Positions 17,660 to 26,192 are shown, numbered from the stretch's first letter. The stretch: 31,167 bases of DNA from a virus (IMGVR_UViG_3300040985_000793:1-31167), one strand, 5' to 3'. A program made the numbers and translations. The notes: generated by a model from the sequence alone, not told the origin.

Positions 17660-19648
17660 ATGTTTAAAAGACTAATATTGGGAGTTTTATTTGTCACACT
17701 GGTTTCTGTTTCTGTCAGTGCGGCATTGCTTGATCCTGTTACGAACTTTGCAAAGGGAACAGTAAATACTACATACGATTCAACCGCAACGAGTATTGTA
17801 TTATCATCTGGTGATGGTGCAAACTTTCCGTCAACATTTTCATACAATGTTATCTGGTGGAATGCGACTGATTATCCTGACCCGTCAGACGATCCGAACA
17901 AGGAAATTGTGAGAGTGTCCGGTAGAACTTCCGACACGCTGACTGTTACAAGGGCGCAGGAAGGAACGACAGCATCAACAAAAAACACTTCTGGAAAGAC
18001 TTATTTAATGGTTCTAGGTATCACGAAGAAAGTCATTGATGATATTGACTTATTCTTTGTGGGTACAAATAGCACTCAAACAATAACGAATAAGACAATT
18101 GACACGGCGAACAACACCATCACTGTTGTCGAGGCAGACATTAGTGACCTTACACATACGACAGGCACACCAGAGGGAACTGCGATACTATCAACCGGAG
18201 AAGTGGGAGGCACAAAGTTTTTAAGGGAGGATGGTGATAATACTTGTAGCTGGCAACTTCCTTCTGTGAATAGTGCTACACTGGCCCTTGATAACCTTGC
18301 CGCAGTTGCGGTGAACACTGCAATTATTTCAGATACAGATATTACAGATGACTTTGGCACAGGTGATATACGTTGGAAAGATGTGTATGCGCAGGGCATA
18401 AGGGCAGGATTAACCGCCTTTGATACTACAACTATTAGTGCAAGGGATGTTGATGGCGCAGCATGGACTGATTTTATTACGGTAACGAGTTCGAACACTC
18501 CAACATGCGTGATTGCCAGTGATGTAACGGCAACAACACAAACAGCAGCAGATAATTCAACGAAGATTGCAACAACGGCTTATGCTGATGCAGCGGCTGG
18601 CGGTGGTGGTGCAAATACGGCATTGAGTAACCTTGCAGCGGTGCAGATCAATTTGAGTTTAACGTCAGATACAGATATTACAGATGATCTTGGAACGGGC
18701 GATATTAGATGGAAAGACTTATACGCAAGTGGTGCAAAGTCAGGTTTAACTGCTGCTGATACGTTGATTTTGAGTGCAAGGGATGTTGATGGCGCAGCAT
18801 GGACTGATTTCATTACACTTACGTCAAATAATACACCAACATGCGTGATTGCCAGTGCGGTTACTGGTACAACGCAATCTGCCTCTGATAATTCAACGAA
18901 GCTGGCAACAACGGCTTATGCGGATGCTGTATCTCCTACAAGTATTGACACTGGAACTGTTGACTATTCAAGCAGGAGTATAACGGTTGATACTGGTGGA
19001 ACGCTTGACATTAACCTTGGCACTGCTGCTGGTGACGATTTCACTGTTGATACAAATACCTTTGTTGTGAATGGTACTAATGGCTATGTTGGGTTAGGTA
19101 CTAATTCTCCAAATCATCAATTTTCAAATAATGGTGGTTCGTTTGCAAATCTTGATGCAGCTACGGGATTTTACTGGACAGGAGGGGCCGCTTCAAAATA
19201 TGCGGCTGGTTATAGAACTGGTTCTGATCCGGGCTGGGCAATGGGGATTAAGATTGGTATAACCGATCCAGATGATACAGACTTCTACATTCATTTCTTA
19301 GACGATCAAGGCAATGTTGAAGGTAGTATTTCTGGTAAATCAGGCGGTGGTGGTGTGCAGTTAAATGATGCGTCTGATGAAAGATTAAAAGAAAATATTG
19401 TTGATACTTCAAAGGGCCTAGCAACGATAAATGCAATAAAGGTGCGTGACTATAACAAGAAAGGATTACAAACAACGGTAACAGGCTTTATTGCTCAGGA
19501 GTTAAAAGAAGTTGTTCCAAATGCGGTGCATGTTCCTTCTGATCCAAGTAAAATGATGTCTGTTGCAACAAGTGAATTAATACCTATTCTTATTAAGGCT
19601 GTCCAAGAGTTGGATGCGAAGATAAAAATATTAGAAGCAAAACCATAG
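17660..19648 (+). CDS. fibre protein with N-terminal signal peptide and C-terminal peptidase S74 intramolecular chaperone
   Basis: MFKRLILGVLFVTLVSVSVSA signal; EIVRV....DTLTVTRAQEGT domain; DNSTKIATTAY fibre motifs; VGLGTNSP; SDERLKENI...GFIAQE...V...LIPILIKAVQEL S74 domain. Confidence 0.88.
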   Translation: MFKRLILGVLFVTLVSVSVSAALLDPVTNFAKGTVNTTYDSTATSIVLSSGDGANFPSTFSYNVIWWNATDYPDPSDDPNKEIVRVSGRTSDTLTVTRAQEGTTASTKNTSGKTYLMVLGITKKVIDDIDLFFVGTNSTQTITNKTIDTANNTITVVEADISDLTHTTGTPEGTAILSTGEVGGTKFLREDGDNTCSWQLPSVNSATLALDNLAAVAVNTAIISDTDITDDFGTGDIRWKDVYAQGIRAGLTAFDTTTISARDVDGAAWTDFITVTSSNTPTCVIASDVTATTQTAADNSTKIATTAYADAAAGGGGANTALSNLAAVQINLSLTSDTDITDDLGTGDIRWKDLYASGAKSGLTAADTLILSARDVDGAAWTDFITLTSNNTPTCVIASAVTGTTQSASDNSTKLATTAYADAVSPTSIDTGTVDYSSRSITVDTGGTLDINLGTAAGDDFTVDTNTFVVNGTNGYVGLGTNSPNHQFSNNGGSFANLDAATGFYWTGGAASKYAAGYRTGSDPGWAMGIKIGITDPDDTDFYIHFLDDQGNVEGSISGKSGGGGVQLNDASDERLKENIVDTSKGLATINAIKVRDYNKKGLQTTVTGFIAQELKEVVPNAVHVPSDPSKMMSVATSELIPILIKAVQELDAKIKILEAKP

Positions 19649-19696
19649 ATGTTATTAATGATCCGGATTGATCTTAAATAAAAAAGGAAAAATATC

Positions 19697-20557
19697 ATGA
19701 ATAGAATATTGTTTTTAGCGTTGATTGTGTTTGTAGGATTTGGAGGGGTTGCGGATGCTGCATTGTCAAACAGGGGAACGGTTGAGCTAGAGGTTTCACG
19801 TGGTAATGTATCCGGAATGTCATCCGTCAATAAGTTTGCCGAAAATATTGAAATTGATTCTGGTGTAACTGCTGACGTATGGGATGGCGGTCACACATTG
19901 GCAAGTGGTGGCGTGTCTCTTTTGTGGGTTGCGCCGACACAGGCAAGGATTCACCAGTTAGTATCAAGCAGCACAGATGACGATGGTTCTCCGGCAGGCA
20001 TCGGCGCATTGACTGTAAAGGTGTGGTATTTACCTGATTGGGATACGGTAGAAACATCAACAACGGTCACGATGGATGGGACAACAAATGTTGCATTACC
20101 TGCATGTGTGATTATAAACAGAATGGAGGTTATGACAAAAGGCGCATCAGGGCCAAATGTTGGAATTATAAAAGCCACCGCTGACACAGACGGAACAATT
20201 TCAAGCCAAATACGTGCAGGTCAAGGACAGACACAGCAATCTGTCTTTGGTTTTGCATCAACACAGACATTGTATCTGTGCAATATGTATTCGTATGCGA
20301 ATAAAGCTGGCGGTGCGTCAGGTTTGGTTGACATGACTCTTTTGTATAATGGCGAACCAGATACAGAACTTACAAAATTTGTAACAAAGTTTACAATGGG
20401 TATGCAAACGGTTGGCCTTTCCGGTAGCAATCATGGGTGGTGTTTGCCAAGATCGTTTGACGGCCCTGCAATAATAAAAATCGGGTGTGTGTCAGGTACA
20501 AATGACATGGATATTTCTGCTGGTTTCAGTGGTTATTTGTTAAATGACACATGGTAA
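19697..20557 (+). CDS. beta-rich structural/decoration-like protein with signal peptide
   Basis: MNRILFLALIVFVGFGGVADA signal; AAGGA RBS; VNKF..N...VWDGG and SSSTDD...G.GA.TV motifs resembling phage structural proteins. Confidence 0.75.
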   Translation: MNRILFLALIVFVGFGGVADAALSNRGTVELEVSRGNVSGMSSVNKFAENIEIDSGVTADVWDGGHTLASGGVSLLWVAPTQARIHQLVSSSTDDDGSPAGIGALTVKVWYLPDWDTVETSTTVTMDGTTNVALPACVIINRMEVMTKGASGPNVGIIKATADTDGTISSQIRAGQGQTQQSVFGFASTQTLYLCNMYSYANKAGGASGLVDMTLLYNGEPDTELTKFVTKFTMGMQTVGLSGSNHGWCLPRSFDGPAIIKIGCVSGTNDMDISAGFSGYLLNDTW

Positions 20558-20606
20558 ATTCACAAATCTAATTAACTTAATATTTTAATATGTGGAGGAT
20601 TTAAAA

Positions 20607-20903
20607 ATGGTAGCAAAAGAAAGATTGTGGCTTACATCAGACAGGAAAAGAGTGGTAGAAGAAGGGCATAAAGACGCACGTGTTTTGTTGGTAGCGGTTG
20701 GCCGCACAGTGCCAGTGGCATTTAGGGGCATGGTTGATAATGGGCATGTGATTAAAGGTGCGAAGGAACAAAGCCCTGCCGAACCGGAAACAAATATTGA
20801 GCGATTAGAGAGGGAAGCAAAGGAAGCAAAAGACTTAGAGAACAAAGAAGCAAAGAAAGTCTCTAATAAAGGCGGTGTTCAAGTAAATAGAAAAGGAAAA
20901 TAA
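20607..20903 (+). CDS. small capsid-region protein
   Basis: GGAGG RBS before ATG 20607; ERLWLT.D...VVEEG..DAR.L motif and charged tail typical of the gene between capsid and head-tail adaptor. Confidence 0.7.
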   Translation: MVAKERLWLTSDRKRVVEEGHKDARVLLVAVGRTVPVAFRGMVDNGHVIKGAKEQSPAEPETNIERLEREAKEAKDLENKEAKKVSNKGGVQVNRKGK

Positions 20904-20905
20904 TA

Positions 20906-21418
20906 ATGGCACTGTTGACACTTGCTAAGGTTCGAGAAAACATTGAAACGGGTCTGGGTGATGATGCATTGCAACGGGTCATGGATTCGGTTGAGGATGA
21001 TATTGATCAGCGACATGGCGCAGTCGCATCTGAGGTCGATGACTTGATTGGTGGTAAGTCTGACATCTGGACATCAAGGCCCATATTAACAATCACTACC
21101 ATTGTTGAAACGGTTGACACGACTGATACAACTCTTGCGACTGATGACTGGACAAGGAGGCACGACACGCAGCTATCACGTAACGATGACGGTACGAACT
21201 CACGAAAGAGGTGGGGTGATAGGGTCAAGATTACTTATGTACCAGTAGACACCACGAACAGGCGCATTATGGTATATCTCAAGATGATCCTGCTTGAATT
21301 GGTTTACAGTGGTTATGGTAGTTCAAAAGAAGGTGACTTTAATTCATCTGCATTGGATTATGACACTGAACGTGAGAAATTGCTTTCCAGTCTCAGCAGA
21401 AATGGGCATTTTATATGA
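20906..21418 (+). CDS. head-tail connector/adaptor (HK97 gp6-like)
   Basis: MALLTLAKVR...DDALQ start, VKITY; synteny. Confidence 0.7.
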   Translation: MALLTLAKVRENIETGLGDDALQRVMDSVEDDIDQRHGAVASEVDDLIGGKSDIWTSRPILTITTIVETVDTTDTTLATDDWTRRHDTQLSRNDDGTNSRKRWGDRVKITYVPVDTTNRRIMVYLKMILLELVYSGYGSSKEGDFNSSALDYDTEREKLLSSLSRNGHFI

Positions 21419-21759
21419 GTTTCAGAAACAGGATGATTCATAGGGCAACGGTGCAGGTCAATACACCGACAGGTACAGATTCTCATGGACATCCGACAAA
21501 GCCTGTATGGACACTGGCTCAAATTTCACCATGCTGGGTTTATAACAGTAAGGATGCATTTATCAATGATACGGAAAAGACAACGGTAATCAGGGGGTTG
21601 AAGATTGCCTTTGATTTGTCTGCGAATATAACTGAGGCGCATCGTGTCTCGTTGGTTACGGATAAGAATACAGTGACTCTATACTCCGGTAATTATCTGG
21701 TACGTAATAAGGTACGAAAATATACACATTATGAAGCTAATCTTGTGGTTGCGGAATAA
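21415..21759 (+). CDS. head closure / head-tail joining protein
   Basis: TDSHGHP (D..G.P) motif, beta-rich, 114 aa; synteny. Confidence 0.7.
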   Translation: MSFRNRMIHRATVQVNTPTGTDSHGHPTKPVWTLAQISPCWVYNSKDAFINDTEKTTVIRGLKIAFDLSANITEAHRVSLVTDKNTVTLYSGNYLVRNKVRKYTHYEANLVVAE

Positions 21760-22136
21760 TGGGAAAATTTATAAATACGCTAATTACCGAAGATGATCTT
21801 ATCAAGAGGAAAGACAGGAAGCGGTTCAGGATACATGAAAGGCCGTTTGTGTATGTTACAAATGCTGGATTGAGAGTGATTGTTCATGTGGGGTTTAGGA
21901 CTGATTTTGCATCTGTCCCGAAGCCGTTCAGAGTTTTTGTTTCAACCGTTGGATTGCATAACGGTGCTGATGTTATACATGATTATCTGATTGATTATAA
22001 AATAGTGTCACGCAAACAGGCAGACAGGATATTTCTTGAGGCTCTTAAAGACCTCGGTGTTGGCTGGTATAAGCGAAGAAAAATGTATATGGGTGTAAGA
22101 AGCTATTCAATGACATTTGGTAAGTTAAAAAAATGA
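21759..22136 (+). CDS. DUF1353 family protein
   Basis: GFRTDFASVP...HDYL....RKQADRIFLEAL...GV...R..MY.GVR motif. Confidence 0.88.
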   Translation: MGKFINTLITEDDLIKRKDRKRFRIHERPFVYVTNAGLRVIVHVGFRTDFASVPKPFRVFVSTVGLHNGADVIHDYLIDYKIVSRKQADRIFLEALKDLGVGWYKRRKMYMGVRSYSMTFGKLKK

Positions 22137-22471
22137 CAGTTAAATGGAATGGTGATAAATTAATAAGGAAAAAGAACGCAGCAATTGTAAACGGATTGAA
22201 TTTTATTGCCAAAGAATCAAAGATATGGGCGTTGGGGCATCATCCTAATTGGCAGAATAGAACATTACTGGCCGAGGGCAGCATTGACGTTAAAGAATTT
22301 GCAACGCTGAAAAGTCACAAAGTTTTATGGGGAAGTGTTTGGACAAATCAGGGTGCAAATTATGTGTGGTATTTGGAATTCAATCATCCACCATTTTTGA
22401 GAGCAGCAGGTGACAAAACTTATAAGGGCTTACCAGCGGCAATAAAACGATATATGAAAGTGAAAAAATAA
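22133..22471 (+). CDS. neck/tail completion protein (HK97 gp10-like)
   Basis: VKWNGD start, RT..L/A..SI, NY..YLEF..PFLRAA motifs. Confidence 0.75.
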   Translation: MTVKWNGDKLIRKKNAAIVNGLNFIAKESKIWALGHHPNWQNRTLLAEGSIDVKEFATLKSHKVLWGSVWTNQGANYVWYLEFNHPPFLRAAGDKTYKGLPAAIKRYMKVKK

Positions 22472-22472
22472 T

Positions 22473-22895
22473 ATGGCACTTGCACAAGACCCGATTGCAG
22501 CATTGATTGATTACTTACAGGCAAACGGAACAATATCATCATTGTTGTCAACACGTGTTTACGGTCTAAAATTACCGGAAGCGGATGCAGCAAGTATGCC
22601 ACGCCAGTGCATAGTCATTAACGGGGCTGGTGGTATCGGTGAGGCATCATTTATTGAAACATTTAAAATGCGCTTAGACTTTTTCTGTTATGGAGAGACA
22701 TCATTCGAAGCGTGGGAGACTTATTTGACATTGCATACCGTGTTGAAGCAGATGGACAGAAACGTTATTAATTCAACATTGCTATTAAGTGCGATACACA
22801 GCGCAGGGCCATTCCCTGCAACCGATCAAAAAACGGAGTGGCCTGTCGTGGTAGATACTTGGGTTCTGGAATTTCACACAACATTGTGTGTTTAA
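22473..22895 (+). CDS. tail terminator protein (DUF3168/gp17-like)
   Basis: L..YL.A...ISSLLSTRVY...LP...P.IVI; synteny before the tail tube. Confidence 0.75.
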   Translation: MALAQDPIAALIDYLQANGTISSLLSTRVYGLKLPEADAASMPRQCIVINGAGGIGEASFIETFKMRLDFFCYGETSFEAWETYLTLHTVLKQMDRNVINSTLLLSAIHSAGPFPATDQKTEWPVVVDTWVLEFHTTLCV

Positions 22896-22925
22896 TATTA
22901 TATTTTACAAGGGAGGGTTTTAAAA

Positions 22926-23552
22926 ATGAGTACATCAATTGAGATAGTTAATGGCCCATTCGATGTGTGGGCTGCGGCACTTGACACAGCATACTCTGAT
23001 ATATCTGTTGATGCAATTGTTGCAGCAGGGTGGGCAAAGATTGGCTCTAGTGGTGCAAGGCATTATGACGAAGAAGGTGTCATGTTAAAGTTGCCACAGG
23101 AAATGGAAAAAGTGTCCGGACTTGGTGGCACAGAAATATTGAAGATACTGAGAACCCTTGAAGAATTATTCATTGAGTTTACTCTATTCGACTTGAGTTC
23201 TGCGGAAATGGTAAAGGGTTTAAACCTTGCAACATCAACAACCGATACTGCTTCCGGTTCGGGTGTCGGTGGTAATCAGAGTTTCAGCTTGTTGAGGGGA
23301 CTGTCTGTTGACGGGTTGGCAATGACAATCAGAGGAAACAACAAATCATCTGATCTTGTCACTGAGAACATCCAGATTGAAATACCTCACATGGTACAGG
23401 TTGCGAGTCCGGAGCTTGTATTTTCAAAGGGAGACAAGGCAGGGTTGAAGTTTGAACTTCAAGCAATCGCTGATTATACTTATACAGGTGGCGGTTCTGC
23501 TGGCGATTTCCCTTATGGCCGTATGTTAATCGGTGATGCAGTAGCATCATAA
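22926..23552 (+). CDS. major tail tube protein
   Basis: GGGAGG RBS; GP..VW.A...W..IG...EGV siphoviral tube motifs; 208 aa; synteny. Confidence 0.8.
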   Translation: MSTSIEIVNGPFDVWAAALDTAYSDISVDAIVAAGWAKIGSSGARHYDEEGVMLKLPQEMEKVSGLGGTEILKILRTLEELFIEFTLFDLSSAEMVKGLNLATSTTDTASGSGVGGNQSFSLLRGLSVDGLAMTIRGNNKSSDLVTENIQIEIPHMVQVASPELVFSKGDKAGLKFELQAIADYTYTGGGSAGDFPYGRMLIGDAVAS

Positions 23553-23556
23553 CAAA

Positions 23557-23712
23557 ATGAATATTGAGAGACTTAAAAAAACAATAGAAGTGTTGCACGA
23601 ATCAGCGAAGCGACACAAACAGTCATCTTCAATGCACCGCAAGCAAGGAAAGGCTTGCATGGTAGAAGCGGCTGAATTACAGAATCTTCTTTCCACGAAA
23701 AGGCGAAGTTAA
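23557..23712 (+). CDS. hypothetical protein, 51 aa (MNIERLKKTIEVLHESAKRHK...)
   Basis: Read manually; fills the gap between tail tube and chaperone exactly. Confidence 0.5.
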   Translation: MNIERLKKTIEVLHESAKRHKQSSSMHRKQGKACMVEAAELQNLLSTKRRS

Positions 23713-23715
23713 ATC

Positions 23716-24099
23716 ATGGCCAATAATAAAGCAAAAGAGGTATTACTTGACCTGTCAACAGATAAGGTTAAGGCCCGAATTCTCATTGATGACGTATCGT
23801 ATGACCTCATTGACATTAATGAGTTGAGTATTATGGAACGTGAACCAATGACAAAGGCATCGCAGAAGTTGGCAAAGATGTCTGATATTAGTACACCAGC
23901 AAAAGAACGTGAATATAATAAGGTAATTACCAGCATATTGTCAGTCATCATAATGGGCGATTGCGGCAAGGTCTTAAAAAAGCTGTCCATTGGTAAAAAG
24001 GTTGATATATTCACGGCTTACGCAGATGCATCTGACCTGATAAAAAAAAAGGTGAAACCGTTGACGAAGGGCAAGAGGGCGAAGAAGAAACAGAGATAG
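23716..24099 (+). CDS. tail assembly chaperone (lambda gpG-like)
   Basis: Between tube and tape measure; carries a slippery A-run near its 3' end. Confidence 0.75.
   Translation: MANNKAKEVLLDLSTDKVKARILIDDVSYDLIDINELSIMEREPMTKASQKLAKMSDISTPAKEREYNKVITSILSVIIMGDCGKVLKKLSIGKKVDIFTAYADASDLIKKKVKPLTKGKRAKKKQR
24042..24051 (+). other. programmed -1 ribosomal frameshift site (A AAA AAG)
   Basis: In-frame ATA AAA AAA AAG; the -1 frame is open without stops (GETVDEGQEGEEETEIDWGEHIPR) into ORF 24123..24467. Confidence 0.8.
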
Positions 24100-24467
24100 A
24101 TTGGGGTGAGCATATACCACGCTTGCAAAGGTTCTATGGAGGCAGTATTGATTGGCTTAATATTCCTTTTGCATTGCTTAATTCCTATTGTACAATGATG
24201 GCAATTATAGAGTCAGAAGAAACATTGACCCAGATTAATGCCTTGCAGTTTAGCGGTGGGAATATGGAGGAAAAGGCAGCAAGTAGTTATATAAACAGAA
24301 TCAATGACCGTGCATTTAAACGCAGTAACCGGAAAGAAAAAGTCATATCAAGCAGTATGAGAAATGCAGTTGTATCATCGGCAGGCATTAGTGTCATGAA
24401 TATGAATGATGCGGGCCTTGATCCAAAATACAAAAAAACACTGTTCCCTTTTACGCCACCAAAATAA
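24051..24467 (+). CDS. tail assembly chaperone frameshift extension (gpT-like portion of gpGT)
   Basis: Continuous -1 frame from the slippery site; the TTG start at 24123 has no convincing RBS. Confidence 0.75.
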   Translation, partial: GETVDEGQEGEEETEIDWGEHIPRLQRFYGGSIDWLNIPFALLNSYCTMMAIIESEETLTQINALQFSGGNMEEKAASSYINRINDRAFKRSNRKEKVISSSMRNAVVSSAGISVMNMNDAGLDPKYKKTLFPFTPPK

Positions 24468-24488
24468 TAACCGTATAGAGGAAAACCA

Positions 24489-25898
24489 ATGGCCGAAAAT
24501 TTAGGCGATGCAATACTTGAGTTAAAAACCGATTCAAAGCCGTTTGACAAGGGTATTAAAAAGGCAAAAAAAGGAACAGAGAAACTTGAAAGGAAACTCA
24601 AGACTGCTGGTAAGGCTGCTATTGCTTTAAAGACAAAGATTATAGCAATAGGTGCAGCGGTGATTGCTGGTGTCGGTATCTCAAAGGCTATTTTCAAGGT
24701 TACAGACTTGGGTGACAAAATGGCGAAGATGTCACAAAAGACAGGCATTGCCATTGAAACATTATCGTCATTAAATCTAGTGGCTGAATTAGGTGGAACA
24801 AGTATTGATTCACTCTCTAAAGGTGTCCAGAAACTTTCCAAGAACATGTTTGATATTAGCGTTGGCTCAGGTGCAGAAGCAAAAAAGGCTTTTGAAGATT
24901 TAGGTATTGCGGCGCAGGAAAGTGATGGCAGTTTGAAAGATTCACTTGACGTTGTTCTTGAAATATCTGACAAGTTTAAAGATATGGACAATGGCGCAAG
25001 AAAAACGGCATTGGCTATGAGTATATTTGGCAGGGCTGGCGTTGAATTAATCCCTACGCTAAATCAAGGATCAGAGGCAATAGAGACTCAAATACAACTT
25101 GCAAAAGATTTGGGATTACAATGGAGTCAGGAAACAGGTAAACAGGCCGAGGAATTTACTGATGCAGTTACTATATTAAGTAAATCTTTTTTCGGATTAT
25201 GGCAATTATTAGTTATAAAATTGACACCAGCACTGACTTGGTTGGCGCAGCAATTGTCAGGATTGGTAAGGTTTGCATCTGCTTTTGGTACGTCAACTGG
25301 TACAATTCAGAAGGGAATAAAGCAAACGGTTGTTGTCTCTAATCAACTTTCAAATGCGTTGTCTCGGATAGCAACAAAAAGATTTGATGAATTAGAAAAA
25401 GCCTCAAAGAGATTTGCTGGTACATTTACCGATAGCCTTGTTGATATGGTAACAAAGTCGGAAGTTACATTTACCCAAATATTACAAGGATTCTTGATAA
25501 TGCTTGCAAAGATGGCAGCAAGGGCAGCGGCATCAAATATTGTTAGCGGTTTATTTAGTGCGGCCGCATCTAATCCAGCAGGGTTGGCAGGTCGTGCAGT
25601 TGGTAGTCTTTCAAGCGTTGGCAAGGTCTTAGGGTTTGAAAAGGGTGGCATTGTTGGAGGCCCAACGGGTGCGCCTGTTCCTGCAATCGTTCATGGTGGT
25701 GAGGAAGTCATTCCGAATGGAGGCAGCAGGGGCGGTGATATTACTCAAAATATTAATCTGAGCCTCGGTGTGACTGAAACAGTTCGTGCTGAGTTGTCGA
25801 GTATGATGCCAGCTATCAGGCAAGCAGCAGTTGAGGCCGTGCAAGTTGCAGGGCGCAGAGGTGGAGGAATGTCATTAGCAATGGGGTCAAGAGCATGA
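24489..25898 (+). CDS. tail tape measure protein (short, 469 aa)
   Basis: LGDAILELKTD start, Ala/Gly-rich helical body, A..IFGRAG.ELIP.L, C-terminal FEKGG.V.G...AIVHGGEEVIP. Confidence 0.92.
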   Translation: MAENLGDAILELKTDSKPFDKGIKKAKKGTEKLERKLKTAGKAAIALKTKIIAIGAAVIAGVGISKAIFKVTDLGDKMAKMSQKTGIAIETLSSLNLVAELGGTSIDSLSKGVQKLSKNMFDISVGSGAEAKKAFEDLGIAAQESDGSLKDSLDVVLEISDKFKDMDNGARKTALAMSIFGRAGVELIPTLNQGSEAIETQIQLAKDLGLQWSQETGKQAEEFTDAVTILSKSFFGLWQLLVIKLTPALTWLAQQLSGLVRFASAFGTSTGTIQKGIKQTVVVSNQLSNALSRIATKRFDELEKASKRFAGTFTDSLVDMVTKSEVTFTQILQGFLIMLAKMAARAAASNIVSGLFSAAASNPAGLAGRAVGSLSSVGKVLGFEKGGIVGGPTGAPVPAIVHGGEEVIPNGGSRGGDITQNINLSLGVTETVRAELSSMMPAIRQAAVEAVQVAGRRGGGMSLAMGSRA

Positions 25899-26191
25899 CC
25901 AGAGAACATCGGAGGTGCTGTGATGGTGAGATTAAAGGCATAAGGACATTAATTGAAAAAAACACTGAAACAAATATCCGAATGGCATTGGATATTCAAA
26001 AACTCACATCTTTACAGTCTTCATATATTGAACAGATAAAAGACACGAAAGAATTGACGAATAAACACATTAAAAAAATAGCAATAATTGAGTTAAAACA
26101 ATCTATAATCACTTATGTAAGTGGAGGCGCATTGTTGGCGGTATTTGCTGCATCATCAAGGTATATATTCTCACATTTAAAGGGGCATTGA
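25895..26191 (+). CDS. coiled-coil protein with C-terminal TM (holin/XhlA-like candidate)
   Basis: Coiled coil followed by IITYVSGGALLAVFAASSRYIF; ATGA overlap with the TMP stop. Confidence 0.5.
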   Translation: MTREHRRCCDGEIKGIRTLIEKNTETNIRMALDIQKLTSLQSSYIEQIKDTKELTNKHIKKIAIIELKQSIITYVSGGALLAVFAASSRYIFSHLKGH

Positions 26192-26192
26192 C

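Noticed and set aside
16780-18930. Possible diversity-generating retroelement TR/VR pairs
   Set aside because: The repeats are in-frame domain duplications within genes, differences are not adenine-specific, and no reverse transcriptase is present
24287-24991. Long minus-strand ORFs (this one, 921..1325, 5783..6232, 18076..18498 and others)
   Set aside because: Antisense to well-supported + strand genes, with no recognisable motifs
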